31,596 nucleotides of DNA. Source: a virus (taxonomy: Duplodnaviria; Caudoviricetes). Position numbers and translations under genes: made by a program. The stretch covers positions 1 through 31,596 of IMG/VR virus record IMGVR_UViG_3300046778_000118; one strand, written 5' to 3'. Under the pieces are notes generated by a model. The model worked only from the letters and a program-made list of their open reading frames with translations. It ran no database searches and was not told where the DNA came from. Positions 26,730-31,596 of this stretch are shown here, piece by piece; the first letter of the stretch is position 1; the number at the start of each line of letters is the position of its first letter.

Positions 26730-26749
26730 CATCAGAAGGAACAACAACT

Positions 26750-26917
26750 ATGTCACTTCAGACTGCAACCACGATCATGCTGATCGCTCTCTACTTTGTG
26801 TTCGGTGTTCTTGTAACCATCGCAACAGTTTTTGAACTGTTGCAAATCAAGACTGGACGGGCTCTACTCTTGGCCGGTCTTATGGTCTTGGGTTACCTGC
26901 TGGCGTCTATCAACTAA
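26750..26917 (+). CDS. 55-aa two-TM membrane protein
   Basis: Not in the track. AAGGA SD; MSLQTATTIMLIALYFVFGVLVTIATVFELLQIKTGRALLLAGLMVLGYLLASIN. Confidence 0.7.
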   Translation: MSLQTATTIMLIALYFVFGVLVTIATVFELLQIKTGRALLLAGLMVLGYLLASIN

Positions 26918-26943
26918 TCTCTGCTTGTAAAGAAAGAAAAACT

Positions 26944-27288
26944 ATGTCAACTTTTGTCAATATCAACTCTGTCGTCACTCCTTTCCTAATGGGAAGTTTC
27001 TGCTTTGGAATCAACGGAAATATGGTGGATCCATTTTCAGATGATCTTCCAACCCTTACTGAAGGAGATAAGGTAGAAATCATGGTTCTTGCATTTGAGT
27101 GCTGTCTATCACTTTCTAGAATCTGGTCTCAATCTTTTCATGTTGCTACTTTCACATATACTCCGGGAATGACCTTCCTGGATGTATGTTTGAAAATAGC
27201 AAGTAAAGAAGGGAGCTTTCACACTAATTCAAATTTGCTTGAAAAAGCTAAGTTTGATTTGGAAATGGATCCTTTTAATGAAGACTAA
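26944..27288 (+). CDS. Hypothetical protein (114 aa)
   Basis: Co-oriented ORF with the shared ACTATGTCA start context. Confidence 0.65.
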   Translation: MSTFVNINSVVTPFLMGSFCFGINGNMVDPFSDDLPTLTEGDKVEIMVLAFECCLSLSRIWSQSFHVATFTYTPGMTFLDVCLKIASKEGSFHTNSNLLEKAKFDLEMDPFNED

Positions 27289-27373
27289 GGTTTTCATACT
27301 CACTATCTCTTTTTCTTACTCAAGTAAGAAATCTGTCCACGTCACTGTTTGTCTGTTTGGAAAGTAAATAACT

Positions 27374-30300
27374 ATGTCACAAAATATGTTCGCTTTAAAC
27401 ATCGTCTCTACTCCTGTAACTGGAGTACTCAACACCACACCGGCTTTGTCCGAGTATGTGGCGGCTTGCTTGGAGCATGTCTGGTCTACCACTCTGGAGG
27501 CGGATGGTACTCTTGAGTCGTGTGCTAAGGTTGTCATGGGCAAAATGCACCCCGATAACCAAGCCTACGACTCCTTCCAGAAGTTCGAGACCTTTGTGAA
27601 GAAGAACACCTTTGGGCGCTTCTTCTTCAAAGGTATCTATGCTGTTGGCACCTTGGCTGATTACCAGGCTGCTAAGCAGTATATTCAGAATGAGGACCCG
27701 TCTTACACTGATCTGGAAGCTCACAAACTTACTATTATGGCATTGACTCTAGGTACCATCCTGGATCAACGCTATGCTGGTGAGAAGATGTGGGTACCAG
27801 TTGGCGGTACTCGGGTCTACTTTACAGTTCCTAACCTTCTGTCTCCTATGAAGATGAAGAAGTTGCTGTACAAGACCACTGAAGGCTCTGAAATGCCTTT
27901 AGTGGGCTTTCGTGTTAGCAATGCCTTCTTAAATAAGTTGACGGAGGAGGCTACTACTGCTAACAAGAAGTATGTAGACTTTGGTCAGGCTCGCTATGCT
28001 GATCAGTTCCGCCAGCTGCATCACAAGAATATTGTGAGTTTGTTTACGGAGTCGATTCTCAAGCGTGAGAGTGGTGAGCTGGGCCTTATGTGGGCTTGGA
28101 CTCACTTCTCTAATCTTCAGATCGGCGAAGTAGGCTACGATGTTACTGTGGCTGAGGAATGGGTTAAGAAACTTCTTCAGAGCGGTGTCCGTAAGGGCTA
28201 CCTGAACAAGTCCCAGGCTAAGGCTATTGGGCGTACGTTCAAGAATTACCCTGGTATCCTTAATGGTAGCCAGATTCTTGGTCTTCGTCACCCAGTTACC
28301 TCAGCTAATGGTGCTGACAATCTGACTATTCGGGTTGTTAATGCACATAGCCGAATGGTTGGAGTCTCAGCTGAGACTGCCAAAGCCATGCTGGGTGACT
28401 TTGACCATGACTTGTTCATGGGTACTTACTTCTCAGGATCGGACTTCCAGATTGCAGATGAGAAATCTGCAATCAAGTTGTTGATTGAGAATGCCCACAA
28501 GGTATCTCTTGGTCATACTGAGGGGTTTGAGGTTATTGAGGCACACAAGCCTCTTGCACCTTTTACCAATCAACTGACGCTACAGTCCGTCTATTGGGTC
28601 AACAACTGGGATGATGAGGTAGGGACACCTGGTGGTTCTACAGCTTTTTCCACCATTCTTGGTGGTGAGTCTAAGGCTTCTGTGGGTCTGTTCAAGAATA
28701 GATTCTACTGGGGTTGTGAGACCATTCTGATGACCCAAGCCACTGATCAGCAGATTGTTGATCTGGCTATCGTTGTCACCAATAGCAAGTTTGTTGATGA
28801 ATTCAACAAACTTGCTGTTGCAAAAGCACTGGAGGTGTTTCTAGCAAATCAGGTTAAAGAGACGTTAGCGGCTCTTGTCATCAAAGTAATTTACGCTTCG
28901 TATTACGGAGTAGAAGAGAAGTTGATGGATGCAGCTAAACGTAAGCTTAGCATTGGTGCTGATGGTGTTATCCGTGTCACTAAGGAGAATCAGGGCTTTG
29001 ATCCTGAGGCTCTTGTTCAGGCTACCATTTCTGGTGGTGGTCTTGACTGGGATGCACTATCTACTGAGCTTGAAGTTGCTCCTCTTAAATTGATTGTAGC
29101 CTTGAGCTACGGTCGGTTTGAAGGTGCTGATGACCCCTTTATGGCCGCTATGAATTCCTTCTATCGCTTCTCTCTCATTGAGAAGAGAAACTGGATGGAG
29201 AAGGGTTGTTATGTTAAGGACGTTCGTCGTGAGGCTTATGAGCTTTCTGAGGTACTTGTATCTCAAGACATGCAGTCTTACGTGGATGCCTTGACTCACT
29301 TCCCTTACATTGGAAACATGTGGCCTTCAGAGTATCAAACTCTGGAGGGGGCTATTCAGCGTATTGAGGAGTTCTTCCTCACCGTGCCTTCAATCGATGT
29401 GTATCAGAAAGAAAGTCTGATGGATTTTGCATGCAATGAGTCTCCTCTGCAGTATGCAACATTTCAAGATTTTAATCTCAATACCATTGCTGAGTTTGAG
29501 TACAAGATGGATAAGACTTGTACTCTTGTAGTTAATGTCACTGTAGGAGGTGTTGTTCGTCAGGCTGTAGTAGACACCTATAAGGCAGTCTATTTGGATT
29601 CCAATAAGAGTATGGTTGATGCTTATGGGCGTCAATCTGCACACTCTTGGAGTCGTCTGGACTCCAAGAATGACGCTATCTATTTCTTTGGGCCTCGTGT
29701 CCAAGCAATGGAGCTTTCACCTGTGGGAGCTAAGCGTTCGTTAACTCCTCAATTGGAGCCTGGGACTCGTAAAGATCCGATGCCTTACAACCCAGCTTCC
29801 CCTATTACTTTAAAGCTTGTTGATATGCCTTTGTGGCTGAGTCAAGAAGCTCAGGTAATCTGGGATAAGGTTTACCGTGAAGGTGGACGATCTGAAGCTG
29901 ATACGAAAGTGGAGAAAGCACTTTCTGCAATTGAGTTCAGACTACGGGAGATTCTACAGAAACTCCCCAACATCAAGAAAGACTCTGAGCACCTTGAGAC
30001 ATCTCAGGATGGTACTTCTGCCAAATCGCAGAAATACTCCCTCAAGAGTGTTCCTATTTCTTTCTTGTCTGAGTTTGTGTGGATTCATCTGCCTAAGCTC
30101 ACAAATGCGGATTATGAGATTGCTGTTCGTCGTCACATGTGGGCGACACTTGAGCGTATTGGATATGATCTTCGCCTTACTTCCCACGCATTGCGTGGGG
30201 ATAAAGTGGGCGTACAACGTGGGGATTCTGATTTCCTACGTGATTGTGTTCCATTCGGCCAAGTCAGCAATCGCAATCGCCAGTCTAAGCTTGTTTCTAC

Positions 30301-31596
30301 TATGGAGCGGCATATTCTGGTTAATAATCCAATTCGTGAGTTTACTGCTCGGATTGATCTGAATGCAATTCAGTCGGGTACGTGTACTCAGTTGAATGTG
30401 ATGTATGTCACATCCAACATGTTTGGACCACAAGCTGGGATTGAGCCCTGTGATGAAACTCATCGTACTATCGCTGGTACTTATGCTCTTATGAGCAGTC
30501 GTACTGCATGGCGTGTAGTTACTGAAGAGGAGTATATTGCATTCTGTGAGGAGTATAAAGCAAACTTGGACTTGCTTGCTTTGGTCGATGCCAAAGCAAG
30601 ATATGTCTTTGTTCATGACAACCTGGAGGAGCGACAGTGGTTTCTTCCTGAAAATGTACAAGAGCTAACAACTCAATACAAGAAGCTGGTGTATAACATC
30701 AGAGGTGGTTCTGTAAACACTCACTTGAATGTAGACTATGTGGCAACCTATCATCCAGTTTCTTCCCTAGAAGATCTGACTGATGATAACTCTAAGGTTG
30801 TTCACATTATTGATAGTGCAAATGCACTGGCTAAGAAAGGAGCCTTTAACATCATTCTCGAATTGGTTTACTCTCAGTTGTCCCTGGAGGGTCGTGCTAA
30901 GTTGGATGCACTAGTGCATTATAACTTCTGTACTTCTCGACAGTTGATCTCACATAAGAGATCTGAAGCTGCTTTCCGTGCATCTAAGGGTGCTGGGGAT
31001 GCTGTTTCAATTAACCAGTTCACTGGTGAGGACTCTGACTATGTAAGCCTACTAGAGCAAGCACTCTTGGCTGAAGGCAAGAGTGCTACGGGTGAGATGT
31101 ATATCTACCAAAAAGTAGATGGACAACTCATTCCGGTGTTGCTGGAGGATGGTACACAGTATAAGTGTCTTGTTGGTGCTGTCACAACTTTCCAAGCTAA
31201 CTATGATGGTGAGCAGGGATCCTACAATATCATTTCTCAAAGTGGTGTTAGTATGGATCCTCATATTCGCACTATGTGTGGTGCGGGTATTAAGCTCACT
31301 GAGAAAGAGCTGGATCTTTGGGATATGGTCCAACTCAATACTCTCAGCTTCTCCACTCCCAACGATAATGGCAATGGCATGATTCGTTGGATCGGAAATA
31401 AACCTAATGCGTCTATAGATGCGAAACGGGAAGCACTTACTGCAAAGTATATTGCTCGACGTACTTCACGTCTTATGATTCAAGAGGATAAAGCTGTGGT
31501 TGCGGAATTGGTTCAGCAGTTTAATGAAGTTGTAACTTCTCAAGCCGCTGAACTCGTTTTCCCTGATGAACTAAACCTCTGGAACGAGGAGCAGGA
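27374..31596 (+). CDS. Giant single-chain two-barrel (DPBB) RNA polymerase-like protein, beta'-like half first and beta-like half second; 3'-truncated by the window edge
   Basis: Not in the track because it has no stop codon in the window. Hand translation is open for 1407 codons. Beta'-like motifs: FTESILKR...LQIGEVG, LRHP (R305), GDFDHD (D342-D346). Beta-like motifs: CVPF..NR..MERH (~958), [10 protein letters not shown] (~1103-1110), [12 protein letters not shown] (~1144), TGEMYIY...CLVG (~1240). Confidence 0.8.
   Translation, partial: [1407 protein letters not shown]

Noticed and set aside
26668-26740. Antisense hammerhead formed from TCATCAG (CUGAUGA on the minus strand)
   Set aside because: On the minus strand the closing stem is not followed by GAAA, so no second core forms.
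30194-30211. RGDKVG as the beta-subunit GDK motif of the polymerase
   Set aside because: It precedes the PF..NR..M.R block, the wrong order for the catalytic Lys motif. [10 protein letters not shown] at about 30677-30706 fits the order and spacing better.
27316-31382. Track ORFs inside the giant ORF (27316..27543, 27395..27724, 27929..28291, 29057..29299, 29390..29704, 29877..30362, 29954..30217, 30236..30661, 31052..31333, 31119..31382)
   Set aside because: Antisense or off-frame shadows of the continuous 27374+ frame, with no motifs of their own.
1-31596. Stop-codon reassignment, tRNA genes or introns
   Set aside because: Known genes are full length in the standard code, with TAA, TAG and TGA all used as stops. 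I saw no cloverleaf or interrupted gene by eye.

Overview
Segment of a large tailed-phage (Caudoviricetes) genome with two divergent arms. The left arm (1-24550, all on the minus strand, AT-rich) has a head/packaging module: a partial prohead protease, a probable portal, terminase large subunit and a possible small subunit. It then has a long accessory block with UDP-galactopyranose mutase (glf), four GT-A glycosyltransferases, a SAM methyltransferase, a stand-alone GlyRS-like catalytic domain, dUTPase, dCMP deaminase, a vWA protein, an HNH nuclease, an LmbU-like regulator and a free-standing degenerate intein. A repeat- and hairpin-rich junction (about 24560-24980) separates it from the right arm (plus strand, visibly more GC-rich). 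The right arm has short ORFs punctuated by two type III hammerhead ribozymes and recurring hairpins. It ends in an ORF of more than 1407 codons (27374 to window end) that is missing from the supplied track. My hand translation of this ORF reads as a single-chain two-barrel RNA polymerase with beta'-like motifs first (RHP...GDFDHD) and beta-like motifs after, the reverse of the order in the characterised single-chain enzymes I know. All family calls come from motif recognition by eye; no database searches were run.
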